DNA of 60,568 nt. Source: an uncultured Candidatus Saccharibacteria bacterium. GTDB taxonomy: Bacteria > Patescibacteriota > Minisyncoccia > Phycocordibacterales > UBA9973. A model generated the notes under the pieces. It saw nothing but the letters and a program-made list of their open reading frames with translations. It had not been told where the DNA came from and ran no database searches. This document shows positions 1 through 9,636 of the stretch, in pieces (within the stretch, counting starts at the first letter, position 1; each line of letters opens with the position of its first letter). The position numbers and the translations under genes are program-made. The stretch is taken from NCBI GenBank assembly GCA_964356285.1, contig CAYHGI010000001.1, forward strand, positions 1 to 60,568, given 5' to 3'.

Positions 1-356
1 GCATCCGCCAGAATAAAAACAGAATGGTCCATCTGGTCCACTAACCCCTTAAGATATTTATGGGGAAAGTGGTCCATCTGGTGGTCCTGCGCATGTTCGT
101 AAAAATATCTGGTAAAACTTTCACTGCGCCGGCGATCTCCCTGTTCCGCGTCAGGCGAATAGTTCGACAATACATGGCCACCAGCGTCAATAATGGCATT
201 ACATACGGCAAAATAAAGCCTGCGGGCAGATTCAGAACTGCTGACCTGGACGACATCACCCTTCTTTATGCCTTCTCCGCCGCCCAGAGCGAAACGAACC
301 AAGACTTTAGCATAGCGGTCAAGAATTAGTCTACTCGGTTCATATTTTCTTTTCAT
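1..356 (-). CDS. M29-family aminopeptidase (AmpS/PepS-like), N-terminal part; gene runs off the left edge
   Basis: My own minus-strand translation from ATG at 354-356 gives MKRKYEPSRLILDRYAKVLVRFALGGGEGIKKGDVVQVSSSESARRLYFAVCNAIIDAGGHVL... This resembles the N-terminus of thermophilic-type aminopeptidases. It is missing from the ORF track because it is open at the edge. Confidence 0.5.
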   Translation of the reverse strand, partial: MKRKYEPSRLILDRYAKVLVRFALGGGEGIKKGDVVQVSSSESARRLYFAVCNAIIDAGGHVLSNYSPDAEQGDRRRSESFTRYFYEHAQDHQMDHFPHKYLKGLVDQMDHSVFILAD

Positions 357-401
357 GCGTTTCATTATATCTTTTTTTGCCAAAAATGCTAATATATAAG
401 G

Positions 402-1112
402 GTGGAAAAAGAAAAATTTAAGATAAAGACAATGGGTTTCGAAGGGCCGTTTGGACTGCTTTTAGAGCTAGTGGAAAAGCGGAAGCTATTCATCAATGAT
501 GTGTCGCTCGCGGCGGTGACCGAAGATTACCTGAATTATATGAACAAACTGGGTGACCTGCACCATTCGGAAATTGCCAGCTTTGTGCTGGTGGCTTCCA
601 CGCTTATTTTAATCAAATCAAAATCGCTCCTGCCTAATCTAAACCTTACTTCGGAGGAAGAAGGGGACATACGCAGTCTGGAAGAGAGGTTGCGCCTGTA
701 TCAGCTTTTTATAAAACTCGGAGGAAATATAAAAAGCAATTTCGGCAAGAGGATAATTTTTGCGCCCCTGGAAAGAAAAAGCGAAGTTCTGGTATTTTTG
801 CCGGATGAGCAGATAACCAAAGAAAGCATGATGGGTTTTGTCCGCGATGTATTGGGCTCAATGCCTAAAAAAGTATTTCTGCCGGAAGTGGAAGTGCGAA
901 AAGTCATCAGCATAGAAGAAATGATAGAAAAACTCACGGCGAGAATCACAACTGCGTTAAAAACCAGTTTCAATTCCATGTTTAAAAAGGAAGACAAACT
1001 AGAAACAATAGTTGGATTTCTGGCTATGCTTGAGCTAGTACGACAAGGCATACTGAATGCGGTACAAAATGAAAATGATATCGAAATTAATAAACTAGAA
1101 CCTAGCAACTAG
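402..1112 (+). CDS. scpA: segregation and condensation protein A
   Basis: 236 aa. N-terminus FEGPFGLLLELVEKRKLFINDVSLAAVTEDYL is typical of ScpA, and scpB follows directly. Confidence 0.85.
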   Translation: MEKEKFKIKTMGFEGPFGLLLELVEKRKLFINDVSLAAVTEDYLNYMNKLGDLHHSEIASFVLVASTLILIKSKSLLPNLNLTSEEEGDIRSLEERLRLYQLFIKLGGNIKSNFGKRIIFAPLERKSEVLVFLPDEQITKESMMGFVRDVLGSMPKKVFLPEVEVRKVISIEEMIEKLTARITTALKTSFNSMFKKEDKLETIVGFLAMLELVRQGILNAVQNENDIEINKLEPSN

Positions 1113-1117
1113 AACCT

Positions 1118-1690
1118 ATGAACCTGGAATGCAAGATAGAAGCGATATTGTTTTGGAAAGGGGAGCCGATTTCGCGAAAAAGACTCGGAGAGATTTTGAA
1201 AGTTGGTCAGAGTGAAATAAATGAAGGCATAGAAAAACTTAAAGAAAATTTAAAAACGCGGGGTATAGTGTTGTTGGAAAAAGAAAACGATCTTGCGCTC
1301 GGCACAGCGCCGGAACTTTCCAAGCTGATTGAAGACTTGCAGAAAGAAGAACTGAACAAAGATCTTTCTAAAGCCAGTCTGGAAGCGTTATCTATTATTC
1401 TTTATAAAAACGGAGTAAATCGAGCCGAAATTGATTACATTCGAGGCGTGAATTCCAGTTTTACTTTACGCGCTTTGTCTGTGCGCGGATTGATAGAAAG
1501 AAGTGTAGATCCAAAAGACAACAGACGTTACATTTACAAGCCCAGTTTTGAACTTTTATCATATATAGGCGTAAAATCGGTGACAGAATTGCCGGACTAC
1601 TCGGAGGTGAGTAATTCCATGAACATTGCCGCGGAGAATTTGAAAGAGGAAGAAGAGACCTCTCATACCCCCTCCGCCCCAAGAGATTAA
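1118..1690 (+). CDS. scpB: segregation and condensation protein B
   Basis: 190 aa. IEAILFWKGEPISRKRLGEIL and the winged-helix repeats are typical of ScpB. The last ~11 codons run into a GC-rich repeat. Confidence 0.85.
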   Translation: MNLECKIEAILFWKGEPISRKRLGEILKVGQSEINEGIEKLKENLKTRGIVLLEKENDLALGTAPELSKLIEDLQKEELNKDLSKASLEALSIILYKNGVNRAEIDYIRGVNSSFTLRALSVRGLIERSVDPKDNRRYIYKPSFELLSYIGVKSVTELPDYSEVSNSMNIAAENLKEEEETSHTPSAPRD

Positions 1691-1735
1691 CTGGGCACCT
1701 CCCCCTAAATAGGGGGAGGATGGGTAGGGGTAAGG
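1657..1735. repeat. GC-rich palindromic element (family 1 related) covering the scpB stop
   Basis: Perfect hairpin cctccccct-aaat-agggggagg at 1698-1719. The flanks gacctctc... and ...ggatgggtaggggtaagg resemble the unit at 10007-10049. Confidence 0.6.
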
Positions 1736-1742
1736 TGAATTT

Positions 1743-3470
1743 ATGAAATCAGAAATAAAAAATTGCCAGAATTGCAAACAAGACTTCACTATTGAGTCGG
1801 ATGATTTTGGATTTTATGAAAAGATAAAAGTCCCTCCGCCGACGTTTTGCCCGGAGTGCAGGAGGCAGCGCAGAAATGCTTGGAGAAATAATATTTCTTT
1901 GTATAGTGGGGTATGTGGCTTATGTAAAAAATCAGTGGTGACAATTTATTCTAAAGAATCTGGCGTTGTCATTTACTGCAACAAGTGCTGGTGGAGTGAT
2001 GCTTGGGATCCATTTAACTACGGACAGGACTATGATTTTTCTCGTCCTTTTTTTGAGCAATTTCATAAGTTTTCATTAAAAATTCCGCATATGGCATTGA
2101 TAAATGATAATGGTATCGCGAGTTTAAATTGTGAATACACACAAGATTTTTCGTTTGGGAAAAATTGTTATATGGTTTTTGTCGCTTGGTATGTTGAAAA
2201 TGTTTTGTACAGTTATTTTATACTTGCAGGCAAGGACATAATGGATTGTATGAATATCAGATCCAAAAGCGAATGGCTGTATGAATGTATGATTGTGAGT
2301 CTGTCTTATAGGGTCAAATACTCCCAATTTTGTCTGGCTTGCATCGATTCCCAATTTTTATACGATTGTCGGAATTGTTCCAATTGCTTTATGTGTGCCG
2401 GATTACGTGATAAGAAATTTTATTTTAAAAACAGACAATACTCCAAAAAAGAATATGAAAAAATTTTAGAAAGCTACCGATTAGATACTTTTAGCGGGGT
2501 GGAAAAAGCGCAGAAAGAATATGATGATTTTATTCTAAAATATCCCCGCAGGTATGCACATAATTTTCAAAATGGCAGAAATATCACTGGCGACGTCGTT
2601 TCATACTCTAAAAATTTAAAAGATTGTTTCATTGCCAAAAAATCAGAAAATTGTCGATCTTGCGATTTGGTTGCCGACATGAAAGACTCCTACGACATGT
2701 CCGGTGGAGGAGAATTAAGCGAGTGTTATGAGGGTCTGGTATGCGATCATTCTAGCCGGAATTTATTTGGGATTTATTCTTGGAAAAGTCAGGACGTATT
2801 GTATACAGAACATTGCCATTCCTCTAAATCGCTTTTTGGATGTGTGGGGCTTAAAAGTAAAAAATATTGTATTTTTAATAAGCAATACACCAAAGAAGAA
2901 TACGAAAAAATCTTGCCGAAAATTATACAACAGATGGGGGAAATACCCCATATTGATAAAACAGGAAACAGCTATAAATTTGGGGAATTTTATCCGATAG
3001 AGCTTTCGCCATTTGGTTATAATGAAACTGAAGCGATGAATCATTTTTTATTAACACGAGATGAAGCACTGGGCAAAGGTTTCAATTGGCAGGAAAATAT
3101 ACAGCGAACAACTGGCAAGGAAACATTAAAACCAGAAAGTATTCCTGACAGCATAAATGAAATAGAGGATTCAATATTGGACGAAGTGCTTGTTTGTGTT
3201 GATTGTAAAAGAAATTATAAAATTGTTCCAAACGAACTAATATTCTATAGAAAAATGGAAATTCCAATTCCAAGAAGATGTTTTTATTGTCGTCATGAAG
3301 CAAGATTGAAACGCATAAATCCCTTCAGGCTTTGGCATAGGCAGTGCATGTGTGACAAAAAGCATAATAATCACAAAGGGAAGTGTGAAGTAGAATTTGA
3401 AACTTCGTATGCGCCAGAGCGGCCGGAAATTGTTTATTGCGAAAAATGTTACCAGCAGGAAGTGTACTAA
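1743..3470 (+). CDS. cysteine-rich protein with N- and C-terminal double zinc-ribbon modules (paralogue 1)
   Basis: 575-aa ORF with many CxxC pairs. It shares both termini with 3511-5268 and 34558-36267. Confidence 0.8.
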   Translation: MKSEIKNCQNCKQDFTIESDDFGFYEKIKVPPPTFCPECRRQRRNAWRNNISLYSGVCGLCKKSVVTIYSKESGVVIYCNKCWWSDAWDPFNYGQDYDFSRPFFEQFHKFSLKIPHMALINDNGIASLNCEYTQDFSFGKNCYMVFVAWYVENVLYSYFILAGKDIMDCMNIRSKSEWLYECMIVSLSYRVKYSQFCLACIDSQFLYDCRNCSNCFMCAGLRDKKFYFKNRQYSKKEYEKILESYRLDTFSGVEKAQKEYDDFILKYPRRYAHNFQNGRNITGDVVSYSKNLKDCFIAKKSENCRSCDLVADMKDSYDMSGGGELSECYEGLVCDHSSRNLFGIYSWKSQDVLYTEHCHSSKSLFGCVGLKSKKYCIFNKQYTKEEYEKILPKIIQQMGEIPHIDKTGNSYKFGEFYPIELSPFGYNETEAMNHFLLTRDEALGKGFNWQENIQRTTGKETLKPESIPDSINEIEDSILDEVLVCVDCKRNYKIVPNELIFYRKMEIPIPRRCFYCRHEARLKRINPFRLWHRQCMCDKKHNNHKGKCEVEFETSYAPERPEIVYCEKCYQQEVY

Positions 3471-3510
3471 GTATATTATGATATTATCGATAATGTCATA
3501 ATTAAAAATT

Positions 3511-5268
3511 ATGAAAAGTGAAAATAAAATTTGCCAGAATTGTAAAAAAGGTTTCGTGATAGAGCCGGATGATTTTGGTTTTTATGAAAAAATAAAAGTC
3601 CCTCCGCCGACTTGGTGTTGGAAATGTCGAGCGATACGTAGAATGGCTTTCCGGAATATGCGTCATTTTTATATGCGAACTTGCGATGCAACAGGCGCTA
3701 AAATATTTACATTTATTCCACCCGGGAATCCAATGCCAGTATATAGCAATGATTATTGGAACAGCGATAAATGGGACCCCCTTGATTATGGCAGGGAGTA
3801 TGATTTTTCCAGGCCTTTTTTCGATCAAATTCGCGATCTTTATAATGCAGTGCCGTGGGGCATAATGTGGTCAATGGAAATGGTAAATTGCAATTACAGC
3901 GTTTCAGCTTTTTCTAGAAATTGTTATATGTGTTTTGATTCTGGTTATGATGAAGATAGCGCATATAATGTAACCTTGCTTTATAGCAAACAATGTTTTG
4001 ACGCTTTAAATTTAAAAGACTGTGAATTATGTTATTACTGTCTAAATACTAATCAGTCATATAAAACTTATTTTTCTAGAGATTGTACCGCATGTGTAGA
4101 TGTTTGGTTTAGCCAAGATTGTGTAGGGTGTATAAACTGTTTTGGTTGCAGTAGTCTCCGAAATAAAAATTATCATATTTTTAACAAGCCATATGATAAA
4201 GAAACTTATAATATTAAGCTAGCTGAAATGAAACTTGATTCTTGGTCTGGTATTCAACAAGCAAGAAAACTTGCCGAAGGATTATGGCAAAAATCCCCAG
4301 TTAAATTTCAGCACAGTATTCAAGTGACGCATAGTACAGGAGATTATATTTATAATGGCACGGAATTAGTTAACTGTTTTTTTGTTGGAAACGCAAAAAA
4401 TATGAAACATTGTCAGAGTGTGATTTATCCTCCTAATAATGACAGTATAGACATAACTTCTAGTGAAGGAACAGAGCTTGCATACGAAACAAGTTGTTGT
4501 GGAAATGGAATACATAAAACAGTCGGTGTAACTGAATGTGCTGTCGTAAGTGATAGTTTTTACTCAATAAATTGTCGAAATATATCGAATGTTTTCGGGT
4601 GCGTGGCCTTGCGGAGCAAAAATTATTGCATATTAAACAAACAATATAGCAAAGAGGAATATTTTAATTTGCTTCCAAAGATAAAAAAACATATGGATGA
4701 GATGCCTTATATTGACGCAAAGAAACGAGTTTATCGATTTGGAGAATTTTTTCCGGTAGATATAGCTCCTCATGGCTACGGTCAGTCGCAAGCCTCCGAG
4801 TATTTTTCGATTACTGAAGACGAGGCGAAAAAGAAAGGGTATTGTTGGAAAAAGCCAGAAAAAAGAAATTATATTATTACGAAAAAAGCCAGCGAACTTG
4901 AAGATAATATCGATAAAGTATCGGATAAAATTCTTGAAGAAGTAATTCAATGTGAGCACGAAGAAACTAATAGTCATACATTTGGTTGTAATGTTGATTG
5001 TGCAACCGCCTTTCGTATTACCAAACAAGAATTAGATTTCTACCGTCAAGCAAAGTTGCCTCTACCCAGATTTTGTTTTAATTGCAGACATGTTGATAGA
5101 GTTAAGTGGCGTAATTTACCAGAATTACATCATCGACAATGTATGTGTGACAAAGAAAACCATTTTCACGGGGCAGGGAAGTGCAAAGTGGAATTTGAAA
5201 CAAGTTATGCTCCCGACCGTCCGGAAATTGTTTATTGCGAGAAATGTTATCAGCAGGAAGTGTACTAG
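3511..5268 (+). CDS. cysteine-rich protein with N- and C-terminal double zinc-ribbon modules (paralogue 2)
   Basis: 585-aa ORF, tandem to paralogue 1. It has the same MKSE.K.CQNC start and EFETSYAP.RPEIVYCEKCYQQEVY end. Confidence 0.8.
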   Translation: MKSENKICQNCKKGFVIEPDDFGFYEKIKVPPPTWCWKCRAIRRMAFRNMRHFYMRTCDATGAKIFTFIPPGNPMPVYSNDYWNSDKWDPLDYGREYDFSRPFFDQIRDLYNAVPWGIMWSMEMVNCNYSVSAFSRNCYMCFDSGYDEDSAYNVTLLYSKQCFDALNLKDCELCYYCLNTNQSYKTYFSRDCTACVDVWFSQDCVGCINCFGCSSLRNKNYHIFNKPYDKETYNIKLAEMKLDSWSGIQQARKLAEGLWQKSPVKFQHSIQVTHSTGDYIYNGTELVNCFFVGNAKNMKHCQSVIYPPNNDSIDITSSEGTELAYETSCCGNGIHKTVGVTECAVVSDSFYSINCRNISNVFGCVALRSKNYCILNKQYSKEEYFNLLPKIKKHMDEMPYIDAKKRVYRFGEFFPVDIAPHGYGQSQASEYFSITEDEAKKKGYCWKKPEKRNYIITKKASELEDNIDKVSDKILEEVIQCEHEETNSHTFGCNVDCATAFRITKQELDFYRQAKLPLPRFCFNCRHVDRVKWRNLPELHHRQCMCDKENHFHGAGKCKVEFETSYAPDRPEIVYCEKCYQQEVY

Positions 5269-5305
5269 GGCTATTCTAATATTCTATAGAATTATAGAAT
5301 GTGTT

Positions 5306-6118
5306 TCAGATACAGGCGGGATTAATGGCTGAAACATAATTATTCATCAAATCCAAAGCTGGGATATTTTCGTCTCCCAGGAATCCTTTTATGTCTTCCT
5401 CTGTTATTATTTTTCTGTATTCTTGCGTAAAATCTCTGGCCAGCGGCAGGTAGGACCAATGCCACTTTTCTTCATTGTAGCCGGTTGACCTGATGCTACC
5501 TTTCAGATTATAAGTTTGGCAGAATCCAAATCGAGGTGCATTTTTTGTAAGCCAGTCATACACTTTTTCACCTTCTGCTGTCTCAAAATATTCCAAATTC
5601 GCATTATTTATGTCTACATCCGTGCCCCAATGATGACGAGAAGTTCCCGGAACTGAACTATACTCCAGAATTTTTTGAAATCTTTCTAACCCATCAAGCA
5701 AACTTTTTGATAAATCTTGCCCATCTACAAAAGTAAAACCAGTCCATTTTTTCTCCCAAATATCTTTTTGATAGTCAAAATTGCGAGTAGCCGAAGCAAT
5801 TTTCAATTCTATTCCATCCTTTTCAGCGGTTGCTGACATCCACAAAAAAGCTTCTAAAGTTTCTTTTCTTAAATATATTTTATTAGGAACTATGGTGTAT
5901 TCTTGAGGTACTAAAACAAAATCTTCTCTTTGCGCTGGATCAAACTTGCCCATTAAATAAATTTTTTGCTCGGCTTCTCTTTGGACACGCTCTTGTTCTA
6001 AAAGCAGTTCATTCACTTTTCTTTGCTCTAAATCCAAGAGGGAAGAAGTAGCTATCGGCATCAATAAAAGAACAAACACCAGCATAGGCAAAACGCGTTT
6101 TAAAGTGTCTTTATTCAT
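5306..6118 (-). CDS. M15-family D-alanyl-D-alanine carboxypeptidase-like peptidase (VanY-like), secreted
   Basis: Contains SATRNFDYQKDIW and SRHHWGTDVDIN (metal-binding H.....D style motif). The signal-like N-terminus MNKDTLKRVLPMLVFVLLLMP led me to choose the start at the second Met. Confidence 0.7.
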   Translation of the reverse strand: MNKDTLKRVLPMLVFVLLLMPIATSSLLDLEQRKVNELLLEQERVQREAEQKIYLMGKFDPAQREDFVLVPQEYTIVPNKIYLRKETLEAFLWMSATAEKDGIELKIASATRNFDYQKDIWEKKWTGFTFVDGQDLSKSLLDGLERFQKILEYSSVPGTSRHHWGTDVDINNANLEYFETAEGEKVYDWLTKNAPRFGFCQTYNLKGSIRSTGYNEEKWHWSYLPLARDFTQEYRKIITEEDIKGFLGDENIPALDLMNNYVSAINPACI

Positions 6119-6186
6119 TTTAGTTATTTCGGAACAATAACACACTAGTGTATTTTAATCAAAAAAATATATGTTACAATGGTTCT

Positions 6187-7242
6187 ATGTACCTAAATTT
6201 AATTAAAATTTTTGTGCCGACCACAATGGCCTTTTTCTTTGGATTATTCCTAACGCCGATTGCCGCCCATTTTTTCTATAAGTACAAAATGTGGAAAAAA
6301 TATTCCAGAAATACAACTATAGCCGTTTCTGATTTTTCTAGAATTCATAACGAAAAAGAGGAATTAAAAACTCCGCGCGTTGGCGGAATAATAATATGGG
6401 TTTCGGTGCTTTTCACCATACTTATTTTTTATCTGGCATCAGTTTTATTTCCTTCAAATCTCAATTATGAAATGAATTTTTTAAGCCGCAATCAAACCCT
6501 TATACCGACCTTCACGCTTCTTTTCGGATCGCTTATCGGACTTTGGGACGATTTTATTCAAATTTACGGCAATGGCAGGTTTGCCCGTGACGACAAATCT
6601 TGGCGCAAGTGGAAAGTTTTTCTTGTCAGTTTCATTTCCCTTCTCATCGGTCTTTGGTTTTTTTATAAATTAGGCATAACATCTTTTCATGTTCCTTTTG
6701 GCGGAGAAATGTATTTAGGTATTTTTATCATCCCATTTTTTATAATAGTCGCGCTGGCGACGTTTTCTGGAGGGGTGATTGACGGTATCGACGGACTCTC
6801 GGGAGGAGTTTTTGCCTCTATTTTTGCGGCGTATTCCGCAATCGCGTATGCCAACAATCAAATGGACCTGGCCGCCTTTTCCGCGGTTGCGACTGGGGCG
6901 ATCCTGGCATTTCTCTGGTTTAATATCCCGCCGGCCAGATTTTATATGGGTGAAACAGGCATCATGGGGCTGACTATTACTTTAGCGACTCTGGCATTTC
7001 TGACTGACTCGGTTTTTATTCTTCCAATTGTCGCGTTGCCTCTTGTGCTCACTTCTGGTTCAGTTATTCTGCAATTGGTTTCAAAAAAATTAAGAGGAGG
7101 AAAAAGATTATTCAAACTTGCTCCGCTTCACCACCATTTTGAAGCAGTTGGCTGGTCATCTTATAAAGTTACTATGCGTTTTTGGATTATCTCAGTCGTC
7201 TTTGCCATTATCGGCATAATTTTAGCAGTTATAAGCAGGTAA
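6187..7242 (+). CDS. mraY: phospho-N-acetylmuramoyl-pentapeptide transferase
   Basis: Polytopic membrane protein with DGIDGLSGG and APLHHHFE motifs. An upstream GTG at 6148 is an alternative start. Confidence 0.85.
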   Translation: MYLNLIKIFVPTTMAFFFGLFLTPIAAHFFYKYKMWKKYSRNTTIAVSDFSRIHNEKEELKTPRVGGIIIWVSVLFTILIFYLASVLFPSNLNYEMNFLSRNQTLIPTFTLLFGSLIGLWDDFIQIYGNGRFARDDKSWRKWKVFLVSFISLLIGLWFFYKLGITSFHVPFGGEMYLGIFIIPFFIIVALATFSGGVIDGIDGLSGGVFASIFAAYSAIAYANNQMDLAAFSAVATGAILAFLWFNIPPARFYMGETGIMGLTITLATLAFLTDSVFILPIVALPLVLTSGSVILQLVSKKLRGGKRLFKLAPLHHHFEAVGWSSYKVTMRFWIISVVFAIIGIILAVISR

Positions 7243-7244
7243 AC

Positions 7245-8342
7245 ATGAAAGAAAAAAAACTGGACAGATTTTTTTTAATAATCGTGTTTCTGCTTATTAC
7301 CGTTGGAGTTCTTATGTTTATTTCTGCATCTCTGGGAATTCTGGCTAAAAATGAAAAGATTTTTTATTCTGTGCTTTTCAGCCAGTTAGTTCTAGGTCTT
7401 GGTTTGGGACTTATTGGAATGTATCTTTGTTCAAAAATAAATTATAAGTTTTGGCGCAAATACGCTTTTTTTATTTTTTTAATATCGATACTTTTAACCG
7501 CAGCTGTTTTTATCCCTGATTTAGGATGGAGCCGCGGAGGAGCGCAAAGGTGGATACAATTTTTTGGTTTTTCTTTTCAGCCGGTGGAAATTTTAAAGTT
7601 CGGATTTGTAATTTATTTTGCGGCTTGGCTCTCTTGGGTAAAAAATAAAGTGCAGGATTTTAGATTCGGAGTTCTGCCATTTAGCATAATGCTTGCGGTT
7701 ATCGCTGTAATTTTATTTAAACAGCCGGATACGAAAAGCTTTATTTTGATTGTTATGACTGGAATCTCAATGCTCTTTATTTCTGGCGTTCCTCTGAAAT
7801 ATATTTTAGGCATTGGGACAGCAGTGGCGCTTGTATTAGGCGCTCTCATCTTTTTTACGCCCTATCTTCAGGAACGGGTTAAAACCTTTATCGATCCATC
7901 CAGTGACCCACGAGGCTCTTCTTATCAAATTCAGCAATCGCTTATCGCCCTAGGCTCGGGGGGGATATTTGGACGAGGATTCGGTCAAAGTATTCAGAAA
8001 TTCAGTTATCTTCCGGAGCCGCAGGGCGATTCCATTTTCGCTGTTCTGGGCGAAGAATTTGGTTTTGTCGGGGTAGTGGGGGTACTATTTCTTTATTTGC
8101 TTTTTGTTCTGCGTGGGTTTCGGATTGCCAACAATTCTCCGGACCTCTTTAGTAGACTTTTGGTGTCCGGAATTGTTATACTCATCACGGTGCAATCATT
8201 TATGCACATTGCCTCCATAACTGGAGTATTGCCGTTAACGGGGGTGCCGCTTCCTTTTATGAGCCATGGTGGCACTTCGCTTATGATCTATCTCATGGCA
8301 GTGGGTATTGTGTTCCAAGTGTCAAAATATAACAGAAATTAA
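7245..8342 (+). CDS. ftsW: SEDS-family peptidoglycan polymerase FtsW/RodA
   Basis: Multi-TM protein with PEPQGDSIFAVLGEEFGF and PFMSHGGTS motifs, located between mraY and murG. The start is set at MKEKKLDRFF. Confidence 0.8.
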   Translation: MKEKKLDRFFLIIVFLLITVGVLMFISASLGILAKNEKIFYSVLFSQLVLGLGLGLIGMYLCSKINYKFWRKYAFFIFLISILLTAAVFIPDLGWSRGGAQRWIQFFGFSFQPVEILKFGFVIYFAAWLSWVKNKVQDFRFGVLPFSIMLAVIAVILFKQPDTKSFILIVMTGISMLFISGVPLKYILGIGTAVALVLGALIFFTPYLQERVKTFIDPSSDPRGSSYQIQQSLIALGSGGIFGRGFGQSIQKFSYLPEPQGDSIFAVLGEEFGFVGVVGVLFLYLLFVLRGFRIANNSPDLFSRLLVSGIVILITVQSFMHIASITGVLPLTGVPLPFMSHGGTSLMIYLMAVGIVFQVSKYNRN

Positions 8343-8343
8343 T

Positions 8344-9474
8344 ATGAAAATAGTTTTTACAGGCGGAGGAACAGGCGGGCATTTTTATCCCATTATCGCT
8401 ATTGCCCAAAAAGTTAATAAAATAATAGACCAAGAAAATATACTAGGGGTCAAACTATATTATATTTCTGATAATCCTTATGACAAAGAAATGCTTTTTG
8501 AAAATGGAATTTTGTATGAAGCAATTAAGACTGGCAAAATGCGCACTTATTTTTCTTTGAAAAACTTTTTGGACATCTTTCGGACTTTTTTTGGAGTGAT
8601 CAATAGTCTTTTTAAAATATTTTCAATTTATCCGGACGTAATTTTTGGCAAGGGCGGATACGCTTCGTTTCCAACGCTTTTTGCCGCCAGAATTTTACGC
8701 ATTCCCGTGGTAATTCACGAATCAGATTCTGCTCCCGGCCGAGTAAATAAATGGGCTGGGCATTTTGCCAAGAAGATCGCCGTTTCCTTTGCAGAAACTG
8801 GTTCTTTTTTCCCAAAACAAAAAGTAGCTTGGACGGGTCAGCCGATCAGGGCCGAAATAGAGCATCCTGCCGCGCGCAGGGAAGCTCTGGATTATTTTAA
8901 GCTGGAAGGAGATATACCGATTATTCTTGTCCTGGGGGGATCTTTGGGCGCGGAACTTATCAACAATACTGTTTTGGACGCGCTTCCCAGGCTGGTAGGT
9001 AATTATCAGATTATCCATCAAACCGGCATAAACAATTTTCAAGCAGTTCAAGATCGAGCCAATGTTATATTGGCTGATCATCCGCATAAGCTAAGATATT
9101 TACCTTTGTCTTTTCTCGGCCCGTTGCCTTTGAAAATGACTGCTGGGGTGGCTACCATTATAGTTTCTAGAGCTGGATCAATGTTGTTTGAAATAGCCTC
9201 TTGGGGTATCCCGTCTATTTTAATACCTATTACCAATACAAATCTGGATCATCAAAAAAAGAACGCTTTTAACTACGCTCGTTCCGGCGCCTGCAGTGTT
9301 ATTGAAGAAATAAATGCGACTGCCAATATTTTAAGCGCAGAAATTGAGAGGATTACAGGAGATCATGAAATTTACGACAGCATGTCGCAGAGCGCGAAAG
9401 TTTTCAATAAACCCGATGCGGCGATGAAAATCGCCCAGGCCTTGGTGGATATCGCTTTAAGCCACGAAAGATAA
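8344..9474 (+). CDS. murG: UDP-N-acetylglucosamine--lipid I transferase
   Basis: MKIVFTGGGTGGHFYP N-terminus and HQTG motif, in dcw context. Confidence 0.85.
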   Translation: MKIVFTGGGTGGHFYPIIAIAQKVNKIIDQENILGVKLYYISDNPYDKEMLFENGILYEAIKTGKMRTYFSLKNFLDIFRTFFGVINSLFKIFSIYPDVIFGKGGYASFPTLFAARILRIPVVIHESDSAPGRVNKWAGHFAKKIAVSFAETGSFFPKQKVAWTGQPIRAEIEHPAARREALDYFKLEGDIPIILVLGGSLGAELINNTVLDALPRLVGNYQIIHQTGINNFQAVQDRANVILADHPHKLRYLPLSFLGPLPLKMTAGVATIIVSRAGSMLFEIASWGIPSILIPITNTNLDHQKKNAFNYARSGACSVIEEINATANILSAEIERITGDHEIYDSMSQSAKVFNKPDAAMKIAQALVDIALSHER

Positions 9475-9493
9475 ATTAAAAATTAAAAATATA

Positions 9494-9617
9494 ACCCTCC
9501 TAGCCTCCCTTATCAGGGAGGAATAAAATGCAACCCCCTCGTTCCCCCTTATCAGGGGGATGTAAATACGAAGAGAATTTTTTCTCCCCTGATAAGGGGA
9601 GATGTAAGAGGGGTTGA
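9494..9617. repeat. three family-1 palindromic units upstream of the DUF559 gene
   Basis: Perfect hairpins cctccct-tatc-agggagg (9504-9521), tccccct-tatc-aggggga (9543-9560) and tctcccct-gata-aggggaga (9583-9602). The second and third are in opposite orientation, with flanks caaccccctc / gaggggttg. Confidence 0.8.
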
Positions 9618-9636
9618 ATTTGATATAATTAAATCA

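Noticed and set aside
60-329. ORF-track entries 60-329 (+) and 41-259 (-) at the left edge
   Set aside because: Both are out of frame with a better reading. The minus-strand frame starting at 354-356 gives an M29 aminopeptidase-like N-terminus and stays open to the window edge.
9494-9617. Possible CRISPR array (repeated ...cttatcaggg... units)
   Set aside because: The units are self-complementary hairpins in mixed orientation with irregular spacing. There are no constant-length unique spacers and no cas genes nearby.
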